43,174 nt of DNA from a virus (Duplodnaviria; Caudoviricetes), in the IMG/VR virus record IMGVR_UViG_3300020043_001328, positions 1-43,174 of that record. One strand, 5' to 3'. The notes beneath the pieces were generated by a model. That model saw nothing but the letters and a program-made list of their open reading frames with translations, had not been told where the DNA came from and made no database searches. Both the position numbers and the translations under genes were made by a program. Shown here one piece after another: positions 18,276-27,555 of the stretch (position 1 is its first letter; each line of letters opens with the position of its first letter).

Positions 18276-20050
18276 CCTTCACAAGCCAAGCAGGTGTCAC
18301 CATCTGCCAATGTTTTCAAATCAATCTCATCTTCAATGCGTTGACGCTTAATCTGAGCACCAACCTTGTCAGCCTTACGCACCTTCTCACTACGTAGATA
18401 GTACAGACTCTTGAGTCCACTCTTCCAAGCAAGGAAGTGAACGCTGTGCAAATACTTTACAGACACATTAGCAGGGAAGAACAGATTCACCGATTGTCCC
18501 TGATCGATATACTTCTGACGATCTGCTGCAAGCTCAATCAACCATCGCTGATCAATCTCCATTGCTGTCTTGTACACTTCCTTGAGTTGTTCAGGAATAT
18601 CCAAGTGTTGCACAGAACCATCGTTGGCAATGATAGATGCCCATGTGTCATCATCGTCTTTACCAAGCTTCTCAAGTTCAGCTTTGAGGAAACGATTCTT
18701 GTACACGAATGCACCAGATAACGTATCCTGACGGAACACATTAGCACGATAAGGTTCGATTGACGGGCTTGTATTACCCATAATCAAGCTGCTGCTGGCG
18801 TTAGGTGCAATAGCAGTCCAATGGCTGAAGCGACGACGAATACCACTAAGATGCGCGTCAGGGCATTCACCTCGTGCCGTAACCAAGATTGCATCGCTAA
18901 TAGTGCATTGGTTGTAAATGTGTTTGAAGATTTCATTGTTGTAACTTTTAGCCAGTACACCATCAATAGCAACGCTTTTCTTTTGTAGGAAAGCATGAAA
19001 GCCTAGCGTACCAATACCAATGCTTCGCTCCATCATGGCACTAGCACGAGCACGGGCAATAGAGTCTGGAGCGTTGTCGATAAAGTATTGCAGCACGTTA
19101 TCCAACATCTCCATAACATCAAGAATAAACTGCTTGTTGTTTTTCCATTCGTCATAGTATTCCAAATTCAATGAAGACAAGCAGCACACTGCTGTACGTT
19201 TCTCGTTTGTTGGCAAGAAGATTTCAGTGCAAAGGTTGCTACCATTGATTGTCAGTCCTTTGTCTTTCAACCAAGATGGCAGGGCTTTGTTAGCAGTGTC
19301 GATGTAGATGAGGTAGGGTTCGCCAGTCTGCATACGCAACTCAAGAATCTTCTGCCACAAATACTTAGCCGACACAGTCTCAACAACACTACCGTTAGAA
19401 GGGTTGATTAGATTGAAGCTGTCATCCGCATTGTCATCCTTCATGCATCGCTCAATGATGTTCATGAATTCATCAGTGACATTGATGCCGTGGTGCAGAT
19501 TCAGTGTACGCACGTTCTGATCACCAGTGGGTTTACGCATCTCCAAAAACTGGATGATGTCAGGGTGGTGAATGTCGAGGTAGGCAGCATAGCTACCACG
19601 GCGTGTACGTCCTTGACGGTAGGCCAATGAACTAGCGTCATAGATTTTCAAGTGAGGCATCACACCTGTTGACTTGTCATCGCTATTGCGGATACCAACG
19701 TGAACACCAACACCACCACCCATCATTGAGAGCCAATTGGTCTCTGAAAGATTATCGACCAAACCTTCTGCACTATCATCCATAAAATTAAGAAAACAGC
19801 TAATAGGCAACCCGCGCTTAGAACGACCAAAAGATAGGACAGGAGTAGAATAGCTGAGCCAATGTTTACTAGAGTAGTCATACAGTCGCTGAGCATGTTC
19901 TTGGTTGCTGGCAAATGACGATGATACAAATGCAAAACGTTCTTGCGGGGATACTTCATCATCTTTCATGTAGCTTTCTTTGAGTCGTTGCTTACCTAGT
20001 TCATCAAAAAGATTGTCTCGTGATAGGTCGATGTCAACTTTATATTTCAT
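18272..20050 (-). CDS. nrdA: Ribonucleotide reductase class Ia alpha subunit (short, no ATP cone)
   Basis: ISCF, SNLCTEI, APNASSS, KSLYY motifs and C-terminal CLACEG. Confidence 0.95.
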   Translation of the reverse strand: MKYKVDIDLSRDNLFDELGKQRLKESYMKDDEVSPQERFAFVSSSFASNQEHAQRLYDYSSKHWLSYSTPVLSFGRSKRGLPISCFLNFMDDSAEGLVDNLSETNWLSMMGGGVGVHVGIRNSDDKSTGVMPHLKIYDASSLAYRQGRTRRGSYAAYLDIHHPDIIQFLEMRKPTGDQNVRTLNLHHGINVTDEFMNIIERCMKDDNADDSFNLINPSNGSVVETVSAKYLWQKILELRMQTGEPYLIYIDTANKALPSWLKDKGLTINGSNLCTEIFLPTNEKRTAVCCLSSLNLEYYDEWKNNKQFILDVMEMLDNVLQYFIDNAPDSIARARASAMMERSIGIGTLGFHAFLQKKSVAIDGVLAKSYNNEIFKHIYNQCTISDAILVTARGECPDAHLSGIRRRFSHWTAIAPNASSSLIMGNTSPSIEPYRANVFRQDTLSGAFVYKNRFLKAELEKLGKDDDDTWASIIANDGSVQHLDIPEQLKEVYKTAMEIDQRWLIELAADRQKYIDQGQSVNLFFPANVSVKYLHSVHFLAWKSGLKSLYYLRSEKVRKADKVGAQIKRQRIEDEIDLKTLADGDTCLACEG

Positions 20051-20073
20051 TCTATATTGCCTTGGTTTAGTGG

Positions 20074-20097
20074 AAAAGAAAGGAGCCGAAGCTCCTT
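20074..20097 (-). terminator. UUCG-loop hairpin with U tract upstream of nrdA
   Basis: AAGGAGC-TTCG-GCTCCTT-TCTTTT on - strand. Confidence 0.7.
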
Positions 20098-20126
20098 GGG
20101 TGTGGGTGGGGGTGGAGTTATATCAC

Positions 20127-20441
20127 TCAGCGAAGATCGCCGCTGCCCTGAATGGCATCTCGTTTTTGCCTTGATGCCAACTTCTCCAGATTGTGTTGAC
20201 AAACTTCAGACAATGTCAAACCGTGATCTTTGGCAACAGCAGCAACCTGCCACATCACATCTCCAAGTTCTTTCTTAATAGCGTTGTTGTATTCTTCAAC
20301 ATTGCCCCCATCTCGGCGCAGCTTAGCAGCCTTCCCCAACACTTCACCAGCTTCTGCGGCTAGGTTGAGCAATGCATATTCACGATCTGCTGTTGGAAGA
20401 CGAAAGATCATTGCCTCTCGTTGATAACTATCGATGTTCAT
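20127..20441 (-). CDS. MazG-like nucleotide pyrophosphohydrolase
   Basis: EAGEV...KELGDVMW...NLEKLASR...GSGD.R pattern. Confidence 0.9.
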   Translation of the reverse strand: MNIDSYQREAMIFRLPTADREYALLNLAAEAGEVLGKAAKLRRDGGNVEEYNNAIKKELGDVMWQVAAVAKDHGLTLSEVCQHNLEKLASRQKRDAIQGSGDLR

Positions 20442-20611
20442 TCTGTTTCCTCTGCTGTTGGTGTTGCAATCTTACCAGCTTCAATGGCATCGGTAAGGCA
20501 AGCAATGATGGCATAGCGCATCAGGTATTCCTTAGCTGCTTCGTCAACGTAGACATTGAAGTCGGCAGAGCCGTCTTCGTTTTCTCTGTAGTTTTCAAGT
20601 TCGATTCTCAT
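20438..20611 (-). CDS. Hypothetical protein (57 aa, not in ORF track)
   Basis: MRIELENYRENEDGSAD...; overlapping start/stop on both sides. Confidence 0.65.
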   Translation of the reverse strand: MRIELENYRENEDGSADFNVYVDEAAKEYLMRYAIIACLTDAIEAGKIATPTAEETE

Positions 20612-21498
20612 CAGAACAATTCCTTTTTCAGTTCTTTAATCTTTGCTGTCACGTAATGCGACAACACCTTGAAGTCAACTTTCGGATTCTTAAACTCTTT
20701 GACGAAGTTCCAAGTTTCTTCAGTGACTACATCGTACCACACAGTGTTGATCAGTCGAGGAATATATTTCGATGACCATCCACCCATCTCGTTGACAATC
20801 TTTGCTTCCACCTTGTCAACCAAAGCTTGCGTCACATACTTAGCCGCAATCTTCTCTTCAACGATTTCACCACCAATGACAGGCGCACCCATAGCAATGT
20901 GATGCTTGGCTTTGAATTCGTTGGTGACAATCTTGGCCCAAGTCTGACGACCAAACTTGTTCTTGTAGTCGTAGTTCTTGATGACAACACCTTCACCACT
21001 ACCTTCACCATCCTTCACCAAATAGTGTGCCTTACTTAGGCACTCAGTGAAATGGTCGATGCTGCCGTTCTTGATGATGGCAATGGGGGCAATGACGTTG
21101 ATGCCAGCAGAGATAAGACCTTCAGAGTATTCGTCATAGCTGAGTAGTCGTTCTTTGTTGCGGTCATACACATCGAACACATAGAACTTACGCCATGCAT
21201 CGTCGTTGTAGGTCTTCAGTGTGTGCGGCACAAGCCATTCACCGTAGAGGATCAAGTCAGGTTCATTGTACAGAAAGCTAATGACGGCTTTATCAACCAC
21301 CATAGCGTTCATGAAACCAGCATTATCATTGTCCAGTGCAAGCTCACGGTTGCGACTACCAGCTTTGACACCACCGTCCCACCAGACACTACCGTTAGTA
21401 CCGTCCAGCTTAGGGAATACGTAGCATGTACCCACTTCGATACCATCAACTTCAGTGTTACCGTAACGTTCAAGGTGTTGATATTTTAGAAAGCTCAT
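20611..21498 (-). CDS. RNA ligase family (Rnl2-like) nucleotidyltransferase
   Basis: Motif I KLDGTN, LYGEW, FYVFDV, GEGVVIK and WAKIV. Confidence 0.85.
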   Translation of the reverse strand: MSFLKYQHLERYGNTEVDGIEVGTCYVFPKLDGTNGSVWWDGGVKAGSRNRELALDNDNAGFMNAMVVDKAVISFLYNEPDLILYGEWLVPHTLKTYNDDAWRKFYVFDVYDRNKERLLSYDEYSEGLISAGINVIAPIAIIKNGSIDHFTECLSKAHYLVKDGEGSGEGVVIKNYDYKNKFGRQTWAKIVTNEFKAKHHIAMGAPVIGGEIVEEKIAAKYVTQALVDKVEAKIVNEMGGWSSKYIPRLINTVWYDVVTEETWNFVKEFKNPKVDFKVLSHYVTAKIKELKKELF

Positions 21499-21893
21499 AC
21501 TTTCTTTTTCCTTTCAAGTTTCTCTTGATCAGTTTTGATTTTATGGCAAGGCTTACAAAGCACCTGAAGATTCTTCATCTCACAGAACATACGGTCAATG
21601 AAGTTGTCCCATGTAGTGAAACCTTTCTTAGGGTCTACAACGGGCTTGATGTGATCGACCTGTACGTCAGCAGCAACAAACAGTTGTTTGCACTCAGCAC
21701 ACTTGTAATGCATCGCCAGCTTACCCGTCTTAGCATTCACCTTCCTACCTACAAAAGCTTGCTTCAAAGCCTTATACTTAGGAGGCCAACGCCTTGACGC
21801 TGCGCGTAAGGCAGAGGTCACGAAAGACTTAAATCGTGCCTCTGTCCATTCGCCACCATTGCGTTCTTTAACGGTCACTAGGTACTGCCTCAA
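21495..21893 (-). CDS. HNH endonuclease
   Basis: CAEC...VDHIKPV...NLQVLCKPCH. Confidence 0.88.
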   Translation of the reverse strand: MRQYLVTVKERNGGEWTEARFKSFVTSALRAASRRWPPKYKALKQAFVGRKVNAKTGKLAMHYKCAECKQLFVAADVQVDHIKPVVDPKKGFTTWDNFIDRMFCEMKNLQVLCKPCHKIKTDQEKLERKKKV

Positions 21894-22059
21894 ACGCTAT
21901 GTTGGTCATATCGAGTTGGTCTTTAGTATCGACCAAGATGTTCTCAATGATGCTGCATACATCAGCAACATCAAGAGCAACGAAGTAGTAGTGACCATCC
22001 TCATACTCTTCGACAGCAACAACAAACCCGTTCTCTGCTGTTGTAATTGTCAACTTCAT
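21868..22059 (-). CDS. Hypothetical protein
   Basis: AENGFVV motif; coupled to neighbours. Confidence 0.6.
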   Translation of the reverse strand: MKLTITTAENGFVVAVEEYEDGHYYFVALDVADVCSIIENILVDTKDQLDMTNIAFEAVPSDR

Positions 22060-22232
22060 GTCAACCCCTCTACATCAACATTACTAAAGCAAACATCCTC
22101 AATGTTCAATCGAGACAGCGCATACGTCACATGCTCTTTCAAGTCTTCAACAAGTAAGTCTTCATGTGTGTAGATGCTATCAAGTTCTGAGTTGTCTATC
22201 TCAGCAACAAAGGTTAGTGTAATCTTAGCCAC
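22056..22232 (-). CDS. Hypothetical acidic protein (58 aa, GTG start, not in ORF track)
   Basis: aggag RBS; MAKITLTFVAEID...; fills the gap. Confidence 0.6.
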   Translation of the reverse strand: MAKITLTFVAEIDNSELDSIYTHEDLLVEDLKEHVTYALSRLNIEDVCFSNVDVEGLT

Positions 22233-22677
22233 GATCTTCTCCTATTTCAAAGGCCAGCAAGTATAACAGGCAACAGATGGCGTGAGCAAGATGACTCTTA
22301 CCAGTCTCAGGGTCTAGCTTTTCACCAGCAGCATAGGCAGTGAAGTGGCGAAAGCCTGCGTCGATGTAACGCCGCTTAGCATCCGGCACCTTCTTCCAGT
22401 TGTCTGGTGCATACTTCTTCGCGCCATAGGTCAGCACATCAACAACTTCTTTCAAAGCTTTGAAGGGCAGCAAAGACCATTGAGGTTTGTCGTTGTCAAA
22501 CTTGACACCAGTGGTAGAGGGAATGACTCGGTGCGACATAGCTTCACCGTGGTCGTCAATGTTCTTGAACACATCTCTCGATACCCAATTACTGTATTCA
22601 ACACAGCTAACACAGACCGGATGCTCTAAACCATCCAACACCTGTCCAGCATTGAAGCAAGTGTTACATGTTTTCAC
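22225..22677 (-). CDS. dATP/dGTP diphosphohydrolase domain protein (DUF5664-like) with N-terminal Cys motif
   Basis: GVKFDNDKP..SLLP...YGAKKYAPDNW...RH...DPETGKSHLAHA. Confidence 0.85.
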   Translation of the reverse strand: MKTCNTCFNAGQVLDGLEHPVCVSCVEYSNWVSRDVFKNIDDHGEAMSHRVIPSTTGVKFDNDKPQWSLLPFKALKEVVDVLTYGAKKYAPDNWKKVPDAKRRYIDAGFRHFTAYAAGEKLDPETGKSHLAHAICCLLYLLAFEIGEDRG

Positions 22678-23015
22678 TGCACACCCCCAATCGTCTTCGT
22701 ATATTTAGACAATACAAACTCTGCGTCTTTAACATCGTCAAGTTCATCAATGGCCGACTGGTTGTAGATGGCTTTTACCTTCTCAAGAAAGCGATCAGCC
22801 AAAGCAGGGTCTTCATCAATGAGAGGAACAGTGGCTGCAATAATCATAGCGATGTGAACAAGACTAGCGAAGTCTTCTTCTTCCATAGTGACAGGACCAA
22901 TACCGCTAATCAGCACTTGGAAATCACCATCCCATTTCTCACCATGTTTATAGTGAGGACGCAACACAATAGTTACATCATTTGGTTTCAATTTGTTTGC
23001 ATTGGTGGCGTCCAT
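22674..23015 (-). CDS. Hypothetical protein
   Basis: In-operon ORF ending TKTIGGVQ. Confidence 0.7.
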   Translation of the reverse strand: MDATNANKLKPNDVTIVLRPHYKHGEKWDGDFQVLISGIGPVTMEEEDFASLVHIAMIIAATVPLIDEDPALADRFLEKVKAIYNQSAIDELDDVKDAEFVLSKYTKTIGGVQ

Positions 23016-23686
23016 ACTTGACCTTCATATCTACGTAGAAAAAGTAGATGTGCATTCTCTATGACACGTTCTTCAACACCATCATAGGCTTCAACACATC
23101 GCTGATACATGTCGTATTCATCAACAGCACCTTCCAATATTTTCTCAGCCTTCACTGGTCCAATACCTTGCAGCCCGATGATGTTGTCCGCATTGTCGCC
23201 TGTTAAGATTTGCATGTACAGTTTGTGTACTGCTTCTTCAGGTGTGATGTAGTAGGCAATCTTCTTGATGAAGTTGTAGTGCCATCCTGTCACCTGATCT
23301 AAGTCTTTGTCCAAGGAAACAATGACACCCTCGTCACCAAGGGTCGTAGCATCTGTAGCAATGGCATCGTCTGCTTCAATGCCATCATAGACAACAGCGC
23401 CCCAATGGTCAACCAAGTGTTGTCTCACCGCAGCTAAATGCTTAGGTTTAACTTTGTCCACTCTGTTGCCTTTGTAAGGCGCTGTCACAGCTATGTTGTA
23501 TCTGAAGTTGTTCTTACCTGTGAGGTAGAGTTGCCATCGATCAACATAGCCACATTTGTCTACACCACACATGAGAGTGTTGATGATGAGGCTATCGACA
23601 GATCGACAAGCCTGCGTCACATCTTCATTCTCACATGCGGCTGATGCCCTGTACCCGTATATGTCCGAGTCCAGTAGAGCTTTCAT
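22988..23686 (-). CDS. 5'-3' exonuclease (T7 gp6-like)
   Basis: NFRY...YKGNR, EADDAI, SLDKDL and GDNADNI.GL.GIGP motifs. Confidence 0.92.
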   Translation of the reverse strand: MKALLDSDIYGYRASAACENEDVTQACRSVDSLIINTLMCGVDKCGYVDRWQLYLTGKNNFRYNIAVTAPYKGNRVDKVKPKHLAAVRQHLVDHWGAVVYDGIEADDAIATDATTLGDEGVIVSLDKDLDQVTGWHYNFIKKIAYYITPEEAVHKLYMQILTGDNADNIIGLQGIGPVKAEKILEGAVDEYDMYQRCVEAYDGVEERVIENAHLLFLRRYEGQVWTPPMQTN

Positions 23687-23871
23687 CAGTCACTCAAACC
23701 AACAGGCTCTTGTGCTTCAGCTTTGGCAGCAGCTTGTGCCGCTTCAAACTGAGGACTAGCTTGTTGCTGAATAACATTGATGTGCTGTGCAGCAAACTCG
23801 TAAGGCAGTTTACCCAATGCTGTGAGGCAAGCATTGACAGTTTCGAGGTGGAGGTCTAGTTTGATTTGCAT
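23686..23871 (-). CDS. Hypothetical protein
   Basis: aagga RBS; VN..L.ALG.LPY pattern. Confidence 0.7.
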   Translation of the reverse strand: MQIKLDLHLETVNACLTALGKLPYEFAAQHINVIQQQASPQFEAAQAAAKAEAQEPVGLSD

Positions 23872-23888
23872 GTTATTTCCTTTGTTGT

Positions 23889-24299
23889 TTACAGAACGTC
23901 TTCATCATCAGCCGACACGTTGTTAGAGCCAGCATACTCAACCAAGTCAGTGACAACCAACTTAGCCAGTGAAGGGCTAACACCCTTCTTGTTTTTGTAA
24001 GTCCAGCTATAAGCGCTAATCATACACACCGCTTTGCTACCATTACCAATGTCTTCGATGATGTCAACACCGTCGGTATCAAAAGCTTTGATGGGCTTCT
24101 GCGACTTGCAGGTAATATACTTACCCATCTCAGGCTTTTTCTCAGCGTTCTCCTGAATAGAAATGCCCATGTCTTCCAACGCAGCGACAGCTTTGTCAGA
24201 AAGATTGCACAGATTTACCTGATATGCATCAGACATTTCGTTCTTACGATTGAGTTGTGCCCAATAAATGTCGCACTTCAATTTCACTTTATCACTCAT
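23889..24299 (-). CDS. Single-stranded DNA-binding protein (T7 gp2.5-like)
   Basis: IGNGSKA motif, acidic tail ADDEDVL, position after polymerase, aagga RBS before ATG at 24299. Confidence 0.8.
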   Translation of the reverse strand: MSDKVKLKCDIYWAQLNRKNEMSDAYQVNLCNLSDKAVAALEDMGISIQENAEKKPEMGKYITCKSQKPIKAFDTDGVDIIEDIGNGSKAVCMISAYSWTYKNKKGVSPSLAKLVVTDLVEYAGSNNVSADDEDVL

Positions 24300-24320
24300 T
24301 TGAGTTTCCTTTGGTTTGTT

Positions 24321-24352
24321 GCTGACCAATTTAACAGGGGTCAGCTTCCTGC
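24321..24352 (-). promoter_or_regulatory. H-type pseudoknot in SSB leader
   Basis: GCAGG-AA-GCUGACC-CCUGU-UAAAUU-GGUCAGC. Confidence 0.65.
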
Positions 24353-24358
24353 ATCTTG

Positions 24359-26428
24359 TCATTGTATCACTAACTTTTCAGCAGCGTCAATATAGTATTG
24401 GTAGTCAAGGTCTTTCCATGTGAAATCATTGATGTCGTTGCATGTCCACATACCATAGCCTTCACCAATCGCCATACGCCTTGACTCAGCTTCTTCCTTG
24501 AGAGGTGGCATCACTTTGATGAGAGCACCACCAGCATTGCATGCATAAAATCTACACATGTTCTGTTGCTGCACCTCAGTGCCGTCATCCATCACCATCA
24601 CAAGCTTGCTACTGCGCGGCACCTTAACCCGCAACATGAAGTCGTACATGTTCTTGTGACCCTTGATGTACACATCGAGAGGAATGCCGTGAAGCATAGC
24701 AGCCTCAGCAGCTTTCGGTATCACAAGACCACCTTGATCTTGGTGCCAGCCTAAGTCTTCATACTGATACGCACCCTTACGCTTCACCTTACCGTTTGTG
24801 TACACAGCAATGTAGTTGTTCACGTCACGGATAATCATCTTTGAATACTCAGCATACTCAAGCTGCAAACCAACTTGCTTCTGCCATGCGTCACAGACTC
24901 TGTCGTATTGGTCACGCTTACTACGGGGTAGCTTCACAGTGATGCCGTCAGTGTTGACCTGCACAATGGACAAGCCTTCAATGTCCATCAGCTTCTCAGC
25001 CAACAGGCATAGGCTAAGCTGACCATTGATGGTGATTGACATCGTATACTGAGGGTCATAGAAGGGGCTGTATCGGTTGTTGCTATCCCCATACACACCG
25101 TTCAATGCCAGCTTCAGCATGGCGTTCTCAGCACTACCTTTGGGGTAGCTCTTACGTTGGTTGTACACGTCTTGATAGATGTCACAGAACTTCTCAGACA
25201 AGTGCTCAGGATAGACACGGTTGGCAATGGCAATGTTGGGATACATGGATGCAACGTCAGCATCGACAATCATGTGAGTGTCACTGTCACTAACGATGGT
25301 GCTCTCAATAGACCCGTGAATACCGCCAGTGCCGAAGTCGAAACGAAAACCATTGATGACAACGTTCAAGTTAGTAGCAACTTTCCAGTTCTTCCAATAG
25401 CTGTATTGTTTCTGTCCCTTCTTCTTAGCCTTCAACTCTTCCTCTGATACCCATCCCAACGGATGTTGTTCTTTAAACATGGCAACAACATCATCGCTTG
25501 GTTTATTAAACCACTTCTGACGCTTCGTCACCATCTCAGAGTAAGCAGCTAAGTCACCAAGATCATGCTCTTCAATGTCCGACAAAGCACCTTTGGTTTC
25601 TGTCAAAGACTGTGCAGCAAACCATTTAAGAACAAGCTGAAACTCAGGACGCTTGAAGTCGTAGTAGTTGAACAGACAGTCTTTGATGTGGATGACATCA
25701 CGCTTAGTCTGATTCAGGTGACGCTCACCCTTCTTACCAACACGATAGCAACTACCCGGCATGTCTTCTTCAAGCCGCATGATGAAGTAGTCTTTACCAA
25801 TCTTCGTATCGTTGTGGTTGAGGAAGTTGCGGTTGTATTTCACAGACAACTCTTCACGGAAGGTGATTTGTGAAAGGCATTCTTTGTAGAACAACAACGT
25901 CATCTTCACATCGTGCATGTTGTATGCAAGCAACACTTCAACTTCATCGTCCGTCAAGTCACTGTGCGGGTCATACGGCAAGTCAACAATACTGTCAGCT
26001 TTCATGTTGAACTCAAGCGCCTTCAGCGATGTAGCTTTTGCAGGATTATCGAAGTGCATGATTTTGAACAGGTCAATCTGCTGTACATGTTGTTGGCTTT
26101 CACGAATGATGTGACCAAACCTGTCGTCACTACCAATGATGGACTGCGCCTTCTTGTACACGCGAGTGGCAACAGCCTTACCAGATACGGTGAGGGCTTT
26201 GTCACGCACAGACAACAGGTCATGCAACACAGGATAGTCAAAGCCTATGTTGTTGTAGCCAACCATCCTGTGCTTCTTACGCTTGAGTTGGTCAAGGAAA
26301 CTGAACAACTTGTCGGCCTCGTTCTTGCGTTGTGAGCATTCAAACGCCACAACATGCGACTCGTCAGCGCTGATCGCTGAGAACGTGAACGCTGTCTTGT
26401 ACGTCTCTATGTCCCATATGTAGTCCAT
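24359..26428 (-). CDS. DNA polymerase family B with 3'-5' exonuclease
   Basis: Exo motifs WDIETY, YNNIGFD, YNMHD; polymerase motifs DVASMYP, KLALNGVYG, NTDG. Confidence 0.9.
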   Translation of the reverse strand: MDYIWDIETYKTAFTFSAISADESHVVAFECSQRKNEADKLFSFLDQLKRKKHRMVGYNNIGFDYPVLHDLLSVRDKALTVSGKAVATRVYKKAQSIIGSDDRFGHIIRESQQHVQQIDLFKIMHFDNPAKATSLKALEFNMKADSIVDLPYDPHSDLTDDEVEVLLAYNMHDVKMTLLFYKECLSQITFREELSVKYNRNFLNHNDTKIGKDYFIMRLEEDMPGSCYRVGKKGERHLNQTKRDVIHIKDCLFNYYDFKRPEFQLVLKWFAAQSLTETKGALSDIEEHDLGDLAAYSEMVTKRQKWFNKPSDDVVAMFKEQHPLGWVSEEELKAKKKGQKQYSYWKNWKVATNLNVVINGFRFDFGTGGIHGSIESTIVSDSDTHMIVDADVASMYPNIAIANRVYPEHLSEKFCDIYQDVYNQRKSYPKGSAENAMLKLALNGVYGDSNNRYSPFYDPQYTMSITINGQLSLCLLAEKLMDIEGLSIVQVNTDGITVKLPRSKRDQYDRVCDAWQKQVGLQLEYAEYSKMIIRDVNNYIAVYTNGKVKRKGAYQYEDLGWHQDQGGLVIPKAAEAAMLHGIPLDVYIKGHKNMYDFMLRVKVPRSSKLVMVMDDGTEVQQQNMCRFYACNAGGALIKVMPPLKEEAESRRMAIGEGYGMWTCNDINDFTWKDLDYQYYIDAAEKLVIQ

Positions 26429-26837
26429 CTTTCTTTTCCTTCTTTGGTTTCGGGAACAGTCTATCACGATACGCTCTCATCAGCGAAGCGCTAATGTTTT
26501 GTATCGAGTATGCTTCAATCTCAGTGCCGGGATTTTCTTCACCGATAAATCTGAAATATTCCTGCACCACATGTACAGCTTCATGTACCAACAATGTTGC
26601 AACATCAATGCCCTCTATTTCAGGTTTAACAGGGATGCAAACAATGGTGACTCTGCTGCCCTTCGGTGTGTTGAAGTAGTGGGTAGTAGCTAACGCATCT
26701 TGTGACAACCATCTGTCCCAATCAGCAATGGGTATCTTCAAAGACTTCAATGCTTTGTAGTATTCCTGCTCAGTGAAGCAGACGGTTAGATAGTCACCCT
26801 CAATCAGGGTGTTGTTCAGCCACTTTGTCATCGTCAT
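26364..26837 (-). CDS. Hypothetical protein with HExxH motif
   Basis: LVHEAVH...E.EAY; likely start at MTMTKW. Confidence 0.7.
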   Translation of the reverse strand: MTMTKWLNNTLIEGDYLTVCFTEQEYYKALKSLKIPIADWDRWLSQDALATTHYFNTPKGSRVTIVCIPVKPEIEGIDVATLLVHEAVHVVQEYFRFIGEENPGTEIEAYSIQNISASLMRAYRDRLFPKPKKEKKDGLHMGHRDVQDSVHVLSDQR

Positions 26838-26952
26838 CCTTCTTAGGTTGTTCCTGTTTGTCCCTACCAAAGATGGCATCCCACCTGTTGCTCCACTCTT
26901 CATCAGCAATGGAACGTGGTCGTTGTGTGTGTCCTTTGCCGCCGTCACTCAT
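26800..26952 (-). CDS. Small phage protein (MSDGGKG...WDAIF type, not in ORF track)
   Basis: aggag RBS; recognisable GKG..RP...WD.IF pattern. Confidence 0.65.
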   Translation of the reverse strand: MSDGGKGHTQRPRSIADEEWSNRWDAIFGRDKQEQPKKDDDDKVAEQHPD

Positions 26953-27079
26953 GGTTTCTCCTCAGTTCTTCGTATGCCGCAAGTGCATGGTCAACATCAT
27001 CAAGCTCAGCATAAAGCTTAGCCAGTTCTGTGTTGCCCGCCATGTAAGCTTCGCGCTCAAGTTCTGCATAGGTTTTCAT
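26945..27079 (-). CDS. Hypothetical protein (44 aa, not in ORF track)
   Basis: MKTYAELEREAYMAGN...; fills the gap. Confidence 0.55.
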   Translation of the reverse strand: MKTYAELEREAYMAGNTELAKLYAELDDVDHALAAYEELRRNHE

Positions 27080-27081
27080 AG

Positions 27082-27555
27082 TTAGTCCCAAAGGCTTTGA
27101 AAGAAAATACCAAACAGCTTAGTGCCGTTGGCGATACGTTCGTGATGTTTACGAAGACCATCATAGTCACACTTGATAGCATCAATCTGCTCAGCGATAC
27201 CAAGTTCTTCGTTCACTTCGGAGTGGTCATAGAAAGGGTCTTCATCATTGTCGTCAATGATCTGCTCCATTGCCCAAATCATTTCGTCAAGAACGTAGTC
27301 CCATCGTTTGAAATGGTTGGTGTCAGTGTCCCACTCATTCTCTTTAGGTGCTGCTGCTGTAGAGCGAAGATGCTCTGGTACATACTCGTCATCAACACAT
27401 GGAGCACCATGCTTTGTAGCCTTTAATTGCTTGAGCATAGGCACAATGATGAGAGCTAAGGTGTGGTCCATGTTCCATGTGTCGTAGGGATCAAGGAGGA
27501 TGGTTTCAACACGCTTTGTGTCATCGTTTGGGTAGGGACCAATGATTGCTTTCAT
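27082..27555 (-). CDS. Conserved phage hypothetical protein
   Basis: DTWNMDHTLA.II.PMLKQLK...WD.VLDEMIWA...LWD pattern. Confidence 0.8.
   Translation of the reverse strand: MKAIIGPYPNDDTKRVETILLDPYDTWNMDHTLALIIVPMLKQLKATKHGAPCVDDEYVPEHLRSTAAAPKENEWDTDTNHFKRWDYVLDEMIWAMEQIIDDNDEDPFYDHSEVNEELGIAEQIDAIKCDYDGLRKHHERIANGTKLFGIFFQSLWD

Noticed and set aside
20098-20115. G-quadruplex on + strand
   Set aside because: Only three G-tracts of three or more plus one GG; too weak to call.
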